NCBI GenBank assembly: GCA_002811645.1
Contig: PDIP01000028.1
Coordinates: 1 to 64,000, forward strand
Source: Corallochytrium limacisporum Hawaii
Taxonomy: Eukaryota; Protista; Pluriformea
Reading direction: 5' to 3'
DNA length: 64,000 nt
This document shows, in pieces, positions 35,652 to 48,316 of the stretch. Each line of letters starts with the position of its first letter. Position 1 is the stretch's first letter. The notes under the pieces are model-generated. The model ran no database searches. It was given only the letters and a program-made list of their open reading frames with translations, and was not told the origin of the DNA. Made by a program: the position numbers and the translations under genes.

Positions 35652-37964
35652 CCCTTTGTCTGACTACTCTACGAGCCCATACAGAAAAGGTGAGGTCACT
35701 TCCTTACTAGTTGCTATACCCTTGTCTGGTAATCGAAAGGCTTCTGTCGCTATACCATCTTGCTTAAGTGTACAATATTCATGCTGGTTCCCAAATTCTT
35801 TAAAGCATACAAACTTCACCACGTATCCAGACAGACTGAATATTGCTTTATGTATGGCTGGACATGCCACCTCGCTTCGCGCCCAGCCGGAAATGATCAA
35901 TTTACTATATACCTGTCCGGTTGTGCAGATGTTGCAGGCAGCTGATTGAATCGTGTTGTAAACAGAAAAACGGAAGAGAAACTCAAAGGTTGTGATGTTC
36001 GAGCGCACACAGAGTACAAAATTTAGCATGGCAGAGAAACATTGGAATCGATCCACAAGTAAAACACAGTGACGAAGACTGGTACGCCCCTGAGAGAATG
36101 TGACACGCCCGAAAAGCCAGCGGAAGTGCCCCAACAACCAAGGCCACCATTTCCGAACCGGAAGCCGAGGCAAGCACTCAGCTGTGGCCAACAAAGGTTG
36201 GGAGATGATCGCCAGTGCTCGGGTCTTTCGCTCACCCAGTGCCCCCCGTTTTCCTTCCTGCTCCTTTCCTTCCTTTCCCTTTTCTTTTTTTTTCTCCCGC
36301 CTTCTTCCCCTGATCCTTCTTCGGCTACAACCCCATATTTTTTCCTCACCCCGACATGAAATTTTTTCTGTCCAATTTTTCACCTCCGCAGCTCGCCTCT
36401 CCCAGCCACGACCACACACCGCCCCAAATCCTCCTTTGATTCCGGGGCCCCCGATTTATTTATTCTCTCCCTCTCCTCCAATTTCCTTTCGGTCCCCCCC
36501 CCCGGGGGGGGGGATGCTGTCACACTGTCTCCCTCTCTCTTCCCTATCTGTCCGCTCCCGCCCCAGTGTCTTCTGCTCGCTGTAGAAAGGCAGGGGGCGT
36601 CGGTAAGGGGTCCAGTCGCTCTTTGTGGGGAAGGGGAGAGGGGGGACCGGGTCGCGCCAAAAAAACCAAAACTGTGCTGCAGTGGGGTTTTGTTTTTGGA
36701 AGTTCACATTCCAAGACGAGCGACTCGCCGTGACTCCCTTTCACGGGATATTGCCCCGGCTTTTTTGGTCCCACCGGCTCTTCACTCCAACGACACTCTC
36801 ACACACTCTCTCCCTCCCTCGCTCACCCACTCACCCCGCATGTACACACACACACACACAGAGGTGCACTCATACCAATTTCATTCTATTGATAGGGCTC
36901 GACGTCACATCGCAGAGGTGATTTTATCCAACGATCGCTGATAATCCTTCCAGTTTAGGGGTATTGTGTACCCACAGGATTTTACCACCCTCCTGTACTA
37001 GGAAAAGTCAAGGGGCGCAGGTTGCGTGTGTGTCGAACTGGGCTCCGCGGAAAAAGAAAATGCCTAGAGCAAGCGGGTGCAGGGAGGACTTTGAGGTCGG
37101 TCGGTGGGCTTGGGGAAGGGCTAGAGATCATACTTTCTCACCTCGTCTCCCGCGCAAAATAGACTCCCGATTGTCACGTTGAGCAGGGTTGTGTACAACA
37201 AACGACCGCAGATTATTGGCCCCCATCCTCCCAGCAGACGAGAACTACTTGGTGGTTAAGTCGTACAGGACTCTACGATGCAATTCGAAGGGCCAATCGG
37301 CCCTGAACCTGGCGGCCCCCCCATTCAAAACACCGCCCGTTGGAAAGCCCTCTCCTGAGCAGGAATATATTTAAGCGAATCAAATACTAAATGAATAGGG
37401 GGAGAGCGCCTTAGGGCTTGCACGAAACAGAACCCTCCCCTAGGGAACGACCTTCGCAAGCGCAGACATAGGCGACTGTACCACGGTATCCAAGGCCAAG
37501 ACGGAGCCGGCCGTGGGGGGAGGTTAATCGGGTGCTAAACATTTTGCCCAAGATTTTCAGCTGGGACCCGTCCCCCTTTTTTTGACGTATCGCCATATGG
37601 ACTGGCCCAGTACCAAAGGGGGGGGAAGGGGGGAAAGCGCCGGCAAGCTCCACTCTTTTGAAATGATTGAGAAGGGTGCACGAAGATTTGACATTTTTGA
37701 CCGAAATACTCACTATCCATTGCTCTTCAGCTTAAATTAGCAAGCTTCAATGATCGATAATGGAATCTGGTGGTTATTTAATGGTCATGGTCAACATGGG
37801 CTCTGTGGTTAGTTCAGATTGGATAGGTGCTGAACCCCTTGCTGCAACGATCCGGAACGGGTTGTGTGGATCTTTGTTACGAAATTGTACACTAAGTGTG
37901 TTAACGACGTGTGATACAACAGGATATCTGACATATAATTGGTACCAGATAAACCTTGAGCACT

Positions 37965-39097
37965 ATGTCAGAGACTAAGACGAAAAAAGCTAACATGGTG
38001 CGCAGGGCAGTCGAGGCCTGGAATCCTTTCAACAGACACATTCCTAAGGCCGACGAACCCAGGCCCATGCACCGTGCTGATATTGCATGCAGCATGCTGT
38101 ACCCCCTGTTTTTCTGTGCTTTGGCCGTAGCATGGGCGGTGATCGTGGTGTCTGATCCCTTTTTCAAATGGAATGCCACTGCAATCTATGGCATTCCACA
38201 TCAGGACATGGTCGGAACTGAATACTACGACAAGCTGATCGCTGAACTTCTAGTTGAGGTTACGGATCCTGCTGGGGCCACTACTTTCGATGCAACCGCC
38301 TTCTGGAGTTTTGATGATGATTTCTGCACCTCCAACGTAGGTCGTTACGGGGCACAGAGCGCACAGGGCAGCACGGACTTACGGGATGCAGATTCTGCTG
38401 GAACCGATTCGAACAAGACTGATACGTACCTCTGCACGCCCGGGTACTATGAAGACGACACCAGTGATCGCGCCGGCGAGTTTAGATCTGACCGTGCATT
38501 CTCCTGGATTGATCTTGGCGCGGAAACGGGTGAGGTTGTGGTCAATGTGCGCTATGTGCGGAATCCGAACGAGTCTGAACGCGAGTACGGCGACGTTGGA
38601 TATCTACGGATTCCGTCTGGCGAGTCCGCCACAGTTGTTTTCCAGCTCTACAATCTTTGGAACCCCTCTGAGCCTGAAGATTTGGAAACAACAATATTCG
38701 CATTGTCCATGACTCTACATGGAACTGGAATTGGATGTGCATCGACCGCCGATGGTGGAGATCCTACTCAGTTGGAGTTCGCCAGTGTAGGGGACACCGA
38801 TCGGTGTGTCCGGTTCATTGCCAGTCCCCTATCCATTGAGATCGCCCAGGGGATGGACTACCTAAGTTCTTCACTACATTTGCTGGTGTAGCAGGCGGCA
38901 TGATGACCATGACAATGGCAATCACTGCCACTGCTGGTTACCTAGGCACAAAGATCATCCTCGACAAGCACTCAAAGCAGACGGGCCAGGTCTCTCCGGA
39001 TGACGGAACACAAATGAAGGATCCGCCTTCAGACATGATGCCCGCCGAGATTTCACGAGAGTCTGCATATTTAAGGTCTGTATCTACACCACAATAG
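37965..39097 (+). CDS. Two-TM membrane protein with a lumenal loop, split by a -1 frameshift at ~38840-38888
   Basis: ORF 37965-38891 has one N-terminal TM. The -1 frame, open from 38840, gives ..LPKFFTTFAGVAGGMMTMTMAITATAGYLG.., a second TM, and ends at 39097. Confidence 0.65.
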
Positions 39098-39143
39098 AAT
39101 CACTGAATGTCTATGTATTCTCGTTGACCATTTTCTGTATAGT

Positions 39144-41447
39144 TCACTTCTTGTCACTGGAAGAGGGTTCATCATTGGTTTCCAGCACATCAAAGACATG
39201 CTTGTACGGATCCTTTGCCTTTCCATCCTCTGCAACATTGTCGCCAATTGTCTCCCGGTCCTTGGCAGCCCGCCGCATCTGTTCCTCGTGAATTTCTTGC
39301 TGTTTCTGCCACATGGTCTTGTAGATCGAAGACGGTCTGGACATGAGATCGGAATGGGAGCCCTTCTCTATTACCTTCCCGTGACCCAGGACCACTATTT
39401 CATCAGCATCTACCACTGTGGATAGGCGGTGGGCAATGACAATTGTTGTCTTGTTTCGACTGATTCGACTGAATGCCTCGAGAATGTTTGCCTCGGTGGC
39501 GGTGTCCAGGCTCGAGGTCGCCTCGTCAAAAAGTAGAATCTTTGGGTCCTTCAGCAGCGTCCGCGCGATGGTGACGCGCTGTTTTTCTCCTCCGGATAGG
39601 AGAAGACCCCGCTCCCCGACCTTCGTGTCGTACTGCTTGGGCAGGCGCATGATTGCATTGTGGACGTCTGCGTCCTTGGCCGCCTGAATTACTTCCGCCT
39701 GACCTGCACCTGTCTTGCCATAGGCAATATTGTAGCCGACAGTCTCATTGAAGAGCACCGCGTCTTGAGGCACGACCCCAATATGCCGCCGCAGGCTGTG
39801 CAGAGTGACCTTAGTGATGTCCTGGCCGTCGATCAGAATCTGTCCCTCTGTTGGGTCCATGAAACGATAGAGCAGGCGCAGGATGGTCGACTTTCCGGAG
39901 CCAGAGGTTCCAACCAGGGCAACCTTCTTGCCGGCCGGTATTGTCAGGTCCAGGCCCTTCAGGATCTGTCTATCGCGGGCTGTTTCGTATGCAAAGTGAA
40001 CATTACGAAACTCAATGTTTCCGCCTGAGGTCAGTTGTAAGGGCCGAGCATTTGGACCGTCCACAACCTGTGCATTGAGATTGAGGATATCGAAGAGAGT
40101 CTTCATGTCGATCAGAGACTGCCTGACCTCACGATAAATCGATCCCAAAAAGTTCAGCGGTACGGACAGCTGGAACACAAGTCCGTTGATCATGACCAGA
40201 TCTCCAACTGTCATGGAGCCGTCAGCAATGCCTTGTGCCCCCATGATCATCATACCGGTAAGGGCAGTGCTGAAGATGGCGTTCTGCCCAAAATTGAGCA
40301 TTGACAAGGAGGTCGTCGTCTTCAGCGCCGCCTCTTCGTACTTGGCAAGAAACCGGTCATACCGATCTCGCTCCCAATCTTCGTTCTGAAAATACTTAAC
40401 CGTCTCATAGTTAATGAGGGAATCAATGGCCATGGCCCCTGCCTCATTGTCTGCCTTGTTCATCTGCTGTCGGAACTTGGTTCGCCAGGATGTGATTGAG
40501 AGCGTGAACGCCGTGTAGGTTGCGACCGTGCCTACGGCCACGGCTGCGAAGTTGATGCCGTAGTTGTAGGTCAGAATGCCACTTACCAAGCCAACCTCCA
40601 GCGCTGTCGGCACAATATTAAAGAGAATCGAGCTGAGCACGAAATTAATTCCTCGCGTACCGCGGTCGATAGCCCTGCTCAGTGCACCTGTTTTACGGCT
40701 AAGATGGAAGCTGAGGTCCATCTGGTGCAAATGGTAGAAAGTGCGCCTGCTGACCGTGCGGATGGATTCCTGTGCGACCCTGGCAAATACCGCTTGACGT
40801 GCCTCGTGAAAGAGACTGGCTCCTAATCGGGCGGCACCATACCCCAGCATGATCGTACCAGCTGAGATTAGGATACCCGAACTCATATCTTGCACCAAAG
40901 GATCGTTCAGCTTATCGACAGCGAGCTTGAATAGCCAGGGAACCTGAACATTCAGAACCTTAGCACCAACCAGCAGACTAAGGGCAACAACGACCCGCGC
41001 CCGCAGCCCAGGTCTCCCCTCTGGCCACAGAAATTTCGCAAGGTTCCGAATAATCGTTGCATCGGTGATGGTCGCCTCCTTCTCCGATGCCGCGGCCAGC
41101 TGCTCGCGCGGGGACTTGGTAGGAGGCGAAGACGATTTGGTCCCGTTGTTGTTCCGTAGCTGCCGTGTGCCTGTGGTGAAGGTACGCCCATGGGCTTGTG
41201 AATGATTCACGGACTGATACACCGACGTGAACCCGGACGTACGCACCTTGGTGCTGTTACTAGCCGGCCGCAGCAGTGACTGCTGATGGTGACCGAGTCG
41301 AAGTGCCGAGGTTGCAATCGATCTGGCAGTGAACAGAGGCCGGTTGACTAACAGAAGACTGTCAGGAGTGAGCAACCGTCTGCTATTGCTGCTCATGGTG
41401 CCCTTCAGGCTGTAGGTACCATGCAGAAGGAGCCTGTTGACTAACAT
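39144..41447 (-). CDS. ABCB7: Mitochondrial ABC transporter ATM1/ABCB7
   Basis: Presequence, AIDRGTRGINF, DSLINYETVKYF, Walker A GTSGSGKST, LSGGEKQR, DEATS, IAHRLST. Confidence 0.97.
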   Translation of the reverse strand: MLVNRLLLHGTYSLKGTMSSNSRRLLTPDSLLLVNRPLFTARSIATSALRLGHHQQSLLRPASNSTKVRTSGFTSVYQSVNHSQAHGRTFTTGTRQLRNNNGTKSSSPPTKSPREQLAAASEKEATITDATIIRNLAKFLWPEGRPGLRARVVVALSLLVGAKVLNVQVPWLFKLAVDKLNDPLVQDMSSGILISAGTIMLGYGAARLGASLFHEARQAVFARVAQESIRTVSRRTFYHLHQMDLSFHLSRKTGALSRAIDRGTRGINFVLSSILFNIVPTALEVGLVSGILTYNYGINFAAVAVGTVATYTAFTLSITSWRTKFRQQMNKADNEAGAMAIDSLINYETVKYFQNEDWERDRYDRFLAKYEEAALKTTTSLSMLNFGQNAIFSTALTGMMIMGAQGIADGSMTVGDLVMINGLVFQLSVPLNFLGSIYREVRQSLIDMKTLFDILNLNAQVVDGPNARPLQLTSGGNIEFRNVHFAYETARDRQILKGLDLTIPAGKKVALVGTSGSGKSTILRLLYRFMDPTEGQILIDGQDITKVTLHSLRRHIGVVPQDAVLFNETVGYNIAYGKTGAGQAEVIQAAKDADVHNAIMRLPKQYDTKVGERGLLLSGGEKQRVTIARTLLKDPKILLFDEATSSLDTATEANILEAFSRISRNKTTIVIAHRLSTVVDADEIVVLGHGKVIEKGSHSDLMSRPSSIYKTMWQKQQEIHEEQMRRAAKDRETIGDNVAEDGKAKDPYKHVFDVLETNDEPSSSDKK

Positions 41448-42125
41448 TGTTGGTTCTAACCAATATCTTCGATTTAAAAACGTCTGTTCTGATAACAGGT
41501 TTCTCTAACTTCCATGTTGGTATCTTTATCTTTATCGTCGAGTTGTTATTTGGAGAGTGCACCCGTCAGTGACAATGAATGCCACCATAGATTCATGCAG
41601 TCCAGCAGATCTTCATTGATTTCTAGCACAACACCCTATGTAGCCGCGCAGCGTTGACATTCCCATGATCATGGCACAACAGCTATAAACTGTGGACAAA
41701 CTACGATGAGAGACCAAGTACATCATTGGTCTTCAACTTCTTTACTTCTACATTTCGGTTACAGCTCGTTTGCCTCTCGACAAGGGGCATGTTTTGGGGA
41801 ATGTGTTTATACGACACTAGCATTCTCGCCCTGGCGTGTGTGTGGGGGAGTGTGTCATTTCTGTCAGCAGGGACCGCGAAGAGGGGGGTGCTGGGGTATA
41901 CTACCAGCAAGCTCGCTTTGACCACCAGCTGCCCCCCCCAAACCCCCCCCCCCTTGTCTCTCTCTTACTCTCCGATCCATAAGAGACGATCGAAGCCCAC
42001 GGGGCGGGGCGCCGGTTGTTACGAGAGGCCAAGAATACCATGGTATTACCATCCATGCTAACCCGCTTTTGCATGGTCCAGTGAGCAGAGAAGATACGGA
42101 GAGAGCAGGAGATGATGACGTTGGC

Positions 42126-44288
42126 TCAGGGCATGGTACTGTACGGCACGACCGCAAACACCCACCCACGTAGGTAGTCATTCTTCCTCCCAGCATCTAA
42201 TGGATGATCTGCCCCGGCATGCAGGGTCTTGACCAGGGCAATGTTCATTTGTCCGTCCCATTCGGACCGGAGAGCATTACGCAGTGCTTCGTAGACGGAC
42301 TCTTCGTTCTTAGGAGTGGCAATCAGCTGACGACTGCAGGTGAACTGCACAACCAGGCCGCCCTTCGTCGGGTCGAGCATGCGACTGCCGCTTGCGATCC
42401 CATCCTTGAGGAAGTTAATGGCACGCGGCATGTCGTCCCTGTTCCGCACTATTGAAGGTGGGTCCAGGATGACCACATCGAAAGGGTTTAAGCGAGGACC
42501 TTTACCTTGCTTTGCTTGCTTGGATGTTGTTTCGTTCCCAGACACTGATGGAGCACTCTTCTGCATAATTGACCACTTGTGATTGTAGAGGAAGCGATTG
42601 ACAACGTTCTTTTCAAATTTCACGCCTGCGGTCCCGACCCCATTCAGGGCAGCGTTTCGTTCCGCAGCACGGATGGCACGCCCACTCTCGTCGACGGCAT
42701 GAACGTAGCTTGCACCACCAAGTGCTGCGGCCACACTGAAACCCCCTTCGCCACAGAAGAGGTCCAGGACTCGCCGTCCCTTTGCGATCGATTGAATGTA
42801 TGCTCGGTTGTCACGCTGGTCAAGATAGGTGCCTGTCTTTTGGCCCTTCATCACGTCGACCTGCAAGACCATCCCTTGTTCTACCACCTGAACGGGTTCG
42901 ATTGGTGCCTCTGCCTGACCTGGGATGATTGGATCATTGGTCTTCGACTTTCCTTTGCGCCCCTTACCTCGACTCTTCGATGCTGAGGCTGTTTGTTGGT
43001 CCGCATCCTTGTGGGCTCGGCTAATAGAGCCGCTCTCCTTGATTCGCAGTAGCGCCCGTCCCAAATCCGAGTCGATTTCCAGACCGTATGACGATCGCAG
43101 GTCGCGAATATGCACTGCTCGGAAGATTCCTTCTGTCCATTCGCTGCTCTGTGCCAGGACTGACTGTTCATCCAAGTGCCGCGGTTTCTTCAATCTTCGA
43201 TTGACTAGACCGTCCTCGATCAGACGGTAGTACTGTCGACGCCAGAGAATCTTGGTCGCGTGGCTTAGAAACTTGCGCGTTGCCGCTTCGATTTCCAATC
43301 GATGGCACTCGGCCCACATTGCGCTGGACTCGATCACCACTACCGAGCCGTAGACGTCAATCACAAGGCCACCCAAACCGTCTCCTTCGCCGTGAACGAG
43401 TCGAAAGGCCGTAGTCTGTGGACCGAAGACTCCGCTCGTCTTCCGCAGCATCAACGCCGATCTCAGTGCATTCGTAGTAGCACCAAAAATATTTCCGGGT
43501 AAGAAATTGTCTGAGGGAAAGAGTGCCTTCGCTGTGGTGTCGCCTCGCGCATTAAGACGAACTTGCCACTGCTCTAGAGCACGCGCAAGCTGACGGCTCT
43601 GTCCTGCGTTGCGGTCGACACCTCGAAGGAGGTCGATGGCTTCATAGAGCGACGCTGGACGGAGTACAAGATCACGCACTGCAGCTTTGCTGATCATGCG
43701 CACACGGTGGGTAGTAAATGTGCGATTATAATACCCCCACCCTTCGTATATGAAGCCCGGGCGCATGATTACAACTGGGCTCACATCCGGGATTGCTGTC
43801 CATAGTGATTTGTCCGGCAGTTCCTGCTGTAGTTTGCTAGGTTCCTCATTGACCTGGGATGAGCTTCGGATAGGATCTACCTGGGGTTCCTGCGATTTCG
43901 TCTGCGGGTAAATGATACGATCAATGGAGCGTGCGTCCATGTGCGTGGATGCCCTGTTCATGTGACCCTTGAGTAAGACGATGGGCATGCGAGCCTGGGC
44001 GTGCACCTTCCCGGAAAATTCAATTGGAGTATCCGTGTCCAGAATTGCTTCTTCTAGGCTCTGTGACCTACGTGGTTGCCTGCTCGGAGGCTCTGTCGAT
44101 TTCGCTACTGTGTTCGATACATCCACTAACCGCTCTGACTCTAATCCCGTGTACTCGGGAGAATTGCTACTGGCACCGATGCCTATCTTGGGTGCCTTTC
44201 GTGGCAGAGCATGTGCAGAAAACACATGGAAGATGCGTGTTTGTCTCCATGGTGTTGAGTCGCGAGCCAAAGAGGCTATTCGTAACAT
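42126..44288 (-). CDS. RlmI/RlmK-like SAM-dependent rRNA methyltransferase, probably organellar
   Basis: FRLVHGEGDGLGGLVIDVYG, GQKTGTYLDQRDNR, VLDLFCGEGGFS, DVVILDPPS, FTCS, AGADHP, YLRG. Confidence 0.9.
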   Translation of the reverse strand: MLRIASLARDSTPWRQTRIFHVFSAHALPRKAPKIGIGASSNSPEYTGLESERLVDVSNTVAKSTEPPSRQPRRSQSLEEAILDTDTPIEFSGKVHAQARMPIVLLKGHMNRASTHMDARSIDRIIYPQTKSQEPQVDPIRSSSQVNEEPSKLQQELPDKSLWTAIPDVSPVVIMRPGFIYEGWGYYNRTFTTHRVRMISKAAVRDLVLRPASLYEAIDLLRGVDRNAGQSRQLARALEQWQVRLNARGDTTAKALFPSDNFLPGNIFGATTNALRSALMLRKTSGVFGPQTTAFRLVHGEGDGLGGLVIDVYGSVVVIESSAMWAECHRLEIEAATRKFLSHATKILWRRQYYRLIEDGLVNRRLKKPRHLDEQSVLAQSSEWTEGIFRAVHIRDLRSSYGLEIDSDLGRALLRIKESGSISRAHKDADQQTASASKSRGKGRKGKSKTNDPIIPGQAEAPIEPVQVVEQGMVLQVDVMKGQKTGTYLDQRDNRAYIQSIAKGRRVLDLFCGEGGFSVAAALGGASYVHAVDESGRAIRAAERNAALNGVGTAGVKFEKNVVNRFLYNHKWSIMQKSAPSVSGNETTSKQAKQGKGPRLNPFDVVILDPPSIVRNRDDMPRAINFLKDGIASGSRMLDPTKGGLVVQFTCSRQLIATPKNEESVYEALRNALRSEWDGQMNIALVKTLHAGADHPLDAGRKNDYLRGWVFAVVPYSTMP

Positions 44289-46513
44289 GTTTCTTTACAA
44301 TTTGTATTCATCTGTCAGACCGTCACGGATCATATCGTCCACTTACATGGTTACTAGAGGAACGTTTCCTTTAGTTTTCACTCATGATGCTTGTTAACCT
44401 ATAATCCAGTTGTATTTCTATGGAAGAATTGGCACCAATATTTTGAAATAACATAAGGAAATGACCGAAAGTGTGACGAATGGCCGATGAAACGAAGACA
44501 GACGACAGCCAGGGGAAAAGTGCCTCGGGCCACATTGGCCCTCTCCATCCCCGCTTCCCTTTCTTTCTTATGCCCCTCGTCCGACCCGCGTGACAGATTG
44601 CCTTACAATTTCGATTTGCTTTTTAACTCGTCCTATTGAAAATATACTGAAATCTTAAAATCAATCACTATGTTTTCGAACGTAGTATAAGAACATACTA
44701 AAGTCGCAGATTGCTTTCTGTGATTCCGGGATCTGTGCGAGACAAAGTTACCCTGCGATTTCGATGTGTCGAGCCTGGTTTGTACTCTCACTTCGAGGTT
44801 ATGGAGCTGCCCGTGAGTATCCAGGACCATGATTGCGTAGCAAAGCATCCCGGGTACATCTCCAGTTCGCTATGTGTGTTCGTTATCATCTGTGTCTCAA
44901 TTATTTGCTAAATGCACAAGAGTATCATGGCCTATAGTCACCTTGCAGCTGATATAACCGGATTTCTGCGCACATTTTTACGGTTTGCTAGACACCAGCC
45001 TTGCTACAACAATACAGGTGTCACATCACGCACCAAGCGTGTACCATCTTTACAAACCAAGCGGTTCAATCATTATCAGCATTGACAATGTGCCACCAAG
45101 AACAACTATGCCCGCCCCCCACACACACAAAACTCCACATGCCTGCTATCGTCGCCAACATTGTCGTTCCAACTTGGTAGCATGTGAAAGTTCCATAATA
45201 AAGCCTTCAAACTTGGGAATCTCCTTTCCGTAGACATAATGTTGAGCCAGGCATGGCATGACATGCATGTTGGCCATTTCATTTATGTAATTTTCTTGGT
45301 CTCGTTCTGTGGCATTTGTCAACGATTCCAGGGGTACACATGTCTCCCAAGGTCCAGATTACGTACTAATTGCCGCCCTCCAATCCTTTTGACTTCCCTA
45401 CTGATTCTCAGCAGCTTGTCCTGCGAAATGTAAACTGGAACAATGCGAGTTATCAGCTGACCGTCCCCTTTAGCCGGAGGGGGTTATTAGGGGGGAAGGG
45501 GCCGCGACCGCCTTATCACAACACCGATCGTCCTTCCGATGTTTCTTCCCGCTAGACTCCATAAACCTATCAATGAAGTACGAATAGAAAGGGGGTCCGG
45601 CCACTCAGCCAATTCGATATCGACACCGGGTAGTTGGTGGTGGATACACTAATGAAGAACTACTAAACAATGGAGCGCATCATGCGTCAAACCACGCATC
45701 ACACATTGGGTACTGGAAGTCTTTATTGTACAGGCCTGCTGCCATGTCTGTCCATTGCCCACACCAACACGGCTGAACACCTGTGTGCGACCATTGTGCT
45801 CTAGATATCACACTTCCGGCCTCTTCCTACGCGGGGAAACCGCGTCTCTTTGAATCGTCTGAAATGCAACAACTGCGTAGAAGGCACATGCGGAATAGGT
45901 AGGAGAGGTTGTATTTGGTGTGTACACACCAATTTGGGGCCAACGAGGAACCACGATACGCATCGGGTATTACGACCGCCAGTTCCGTGTGTGCAGTTCT
46001 GCGAAGGAATACACAAAGGTCACACCCTCATTTTCTTGCCGCCCTTTCCCCTCTCTTCAGGCCGTCTCCCCCCCCCAATCTTTCGACTTTTCTGACGCCC
46101 AAGCGCGGGTCCAACAAGTTTAAGAAAGTGACACTCAGTACTGAATACACTAGAATTTCCACGGAGAAGCATGAGAAAGCAACGGTAGCAAGGGTCTCCC
46201 GTATTTGCACACGCACACGCCTTCGGGTATTTGGCCTAACATTCGCGCCGCACGCGGTTCGTCACTGTAAGATCTGCTTACGACTCGAGAATGCTCTTCA
46301 CTTAGACCCTGAGATTAGACTAAAGAAAGGCAATAATCTACAGTTCGTTGAGGGCCTGAAAGTGGGTGCGACTCAACCGTCTAGTACACCGTATAGGCGC
46401 GGAAAGAACACAGCAAGCTCTCTGAATCTTGAGGAGTTCAATATGGGAGATCGTCGATCGGGAGTAAGTCAGGATATTGGATAGAAAATCTGTGAATATC
46501 CGGAAAAAGAACA

Positions 46514-48316
46514 ATGGCAGAGACTCAAAGAGAGAATATCAGACTGCAGGTGAATGGAACACTGGTGCAGAACCAGCGACCCTGCTCATGGTCTCACCGG
46601 AACGCTGAATTCAATAGCGAACGCGATAGTGGTGCGGAGCTGCTCCGTGCTCCTCATTCCACAAACACTGTCAATCGACACCTCTACCGGGCGACTGGGT
46701 CAAGAGGCCGCCACTACTTTAGCAACGAGCAATCGGTGATGGCTCAAGTCAACCATGGGCATCACCTGAGTGCGTTCGAGGTCGGTGCCCACGGTGAGGT
46801 CTCACCACGGCTGCGGAGACGCGTGGTAGGTGACAACAATGGCGCGGTCGCAGCTGGGAGCTGTCATTCTTCCAAAGCACCCCCCAGTGATGAGGAGTCG
46901 GCCATTGATACCAACCACGGACAGGAATCGGACTACAGTATAGAGGTGGACGACGAGGATGACGACGTCGAATACTACCTTGACGACAATGTGGAAGAGT
47001 GGGCGCGAGATCGCCCCATGGACAGCAAGTATGGCTACCCAATAGTGATCGGCTCATTTTTTGTGCATCTAGTTATCTTAGGCAACAGCTATGCCTACGG
47101 AGTTTTTATTGTCGAGTACGAGGACGTTTTCGACGCGAGTAAATTTGCAGTCAGTCTACCGGGATCCATAGTCCAAATGCTGATGATGGGACTAGGCTTC
47201 TTCAGTGGGCGCATGTCTGACATTTTCGGGGCTCAGCGCATGATATTCATCGGTGGCCTCATCATAACTTCTGGCTACCTCCTTGGAAGCTTTTCAACAG
47301 AGCTGTGGATGATATATTTGACTCATGGCGTTCTAGTCGGCTTCGGGTCCAGTATTTCGTACTTCCCGGCAGTAGCCATGATCTCGCAGTGGTATGACAG
47401 AAAGCGTGCCCTGGCCACAGGTATTGCCGTTGCAGGTTCCGGTATTGGAGGGTTCATCTTTGGGCCTGTTACTCAAAGCATCTTGGATCATCTGGGCTTT
47501 CGTTGGGCTCTGCGCATACTGGCCATCGTGACTTTCGTGACGATCAGTGGTGCCTCTCTCCTCCTGCGCCCGCGCCTGAAATCCACGGGCAGTCGGAGCT
47601 TCAAAATGACAAACTTTCGCGACGCTCGGTTCCGTCTGCAATTCTTTGCCAACTCGATCGCAGCGTTCGGGATATTGGTGCCCTTCTTTTACATGCCGTC
47701 GTGGAGTGAGGATGTAGGGCTGGGAGGGGACTGGGGTGCGATCTGTGTGGGCATCATGAACGGTGGTTCTGCATTTGGACGTATTGTGCTCGGCTTTGCG
47801 GCGGATCGGTTCGGCCGCATGCCACTATTCTGGGGCAGTTTCGTGGCGGCGGGCGTGGGCGACATAATCTGGACTGGTTGTGAAGAGAAATGGAATATGG
47901 CCCTGGTCTCGCTCCTCATCGGATTCGGTGTTGGTGGTTTCATTAGCCTGAATCCTGTTGTGGCTGCTGATCTATACGGACTAAAGGACCTGCCCGCAAC
48001 AGTCGGTCTGCTGGTCTCGGGCATGGCAGTCGGTAACTTAGTAGGACCTTCTGCCATGGGGGCCGTTTACGAAGTAGAGCGCAAGAGTGTGCCCGTAATC
48101 GCCGGGGCACTGCTGATCATTGGTGGCATTATGGTATGGGCGATTCGATTTATTCCTATACCACAATGGCGCATCGAACAGCTCGGACTCACGCTCCCTG
48201 ACGAGGAAGGTGCGAAACAGAAAGACGAAGATGATGACATCACGATGCCACCACCAGCGCAACCGAAGGCAGTTGAGCCTACACTCAAGGTGGACCCACT
48301 AGGAGAATCTGGTTAA
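46514..48316 (+). CDS. MFS monocarboxylate transporter (SLC16/Mch family)
   Basis: DSKYGYPIVIGSF (TM1 motif), WYDRKRALATGIAVAGSGIGG, GRIVLGFAADRFG; ~12 TMs. Confidence 0.92.
   Translation: MAETQRENIRLQVNGTLVQNQRPCSWSHRNAEFNSERDSGAELLRAPHSTNTVNRHLYRATGSRGRHYFSNEQSVMAQVNHGHHLSAFEVGAHGEVSPRLRRRVVGDNNGAVAAGSCHSSKAPPSDEESAIDTNHGQESDYSIEVDDEDDDVEYYLDDNVEEWARDRPMDSKYGYPIVIGSFFVHLVILGNSYAYGVFIVEYEDVFDASKFAVSLPGSIVQMLMMGLGFFSGRMSDIFGAQRMIFIGGLIITSGYLLGSFSTELWMIYLTHGVLVGFGSSISYFPAVAMISQWYDRKRALATGIAVAGSGIGGFIFGPVTQSILDHLGFRWALRILAIVTFVTISGASLLLRPRLKSTGSRSFKMTNFRDARFRLQFFANSIAAFGILVPFFYMPSWSEDVGLGGDWGAICVGIMNGGSAFGRIVLGFAADRFGRMPLFWGSFVAAGVGDIIWTGCEEKWNMALVSLLIGFGVGGFISLNPVVAADLYGLKDLPATVGLLVSGMAVGNLVGPSAMGAVYEVERKSVPVIAGALLIIGGIMVWAIRFIPIPQWRIEQLGLTLPDEEGAKQKDEDDDITMPPPAQPKAVEPTLKVDPLGESG

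Noticed and set aside
38820-38866. 47-nt GC-AG intron explaining the 38.8-kb frameshift
   Set aside because: It would restore the frame, but it has no branch point and would delete the SPLSIEI segment that fits the inferred pre-TM pattern.
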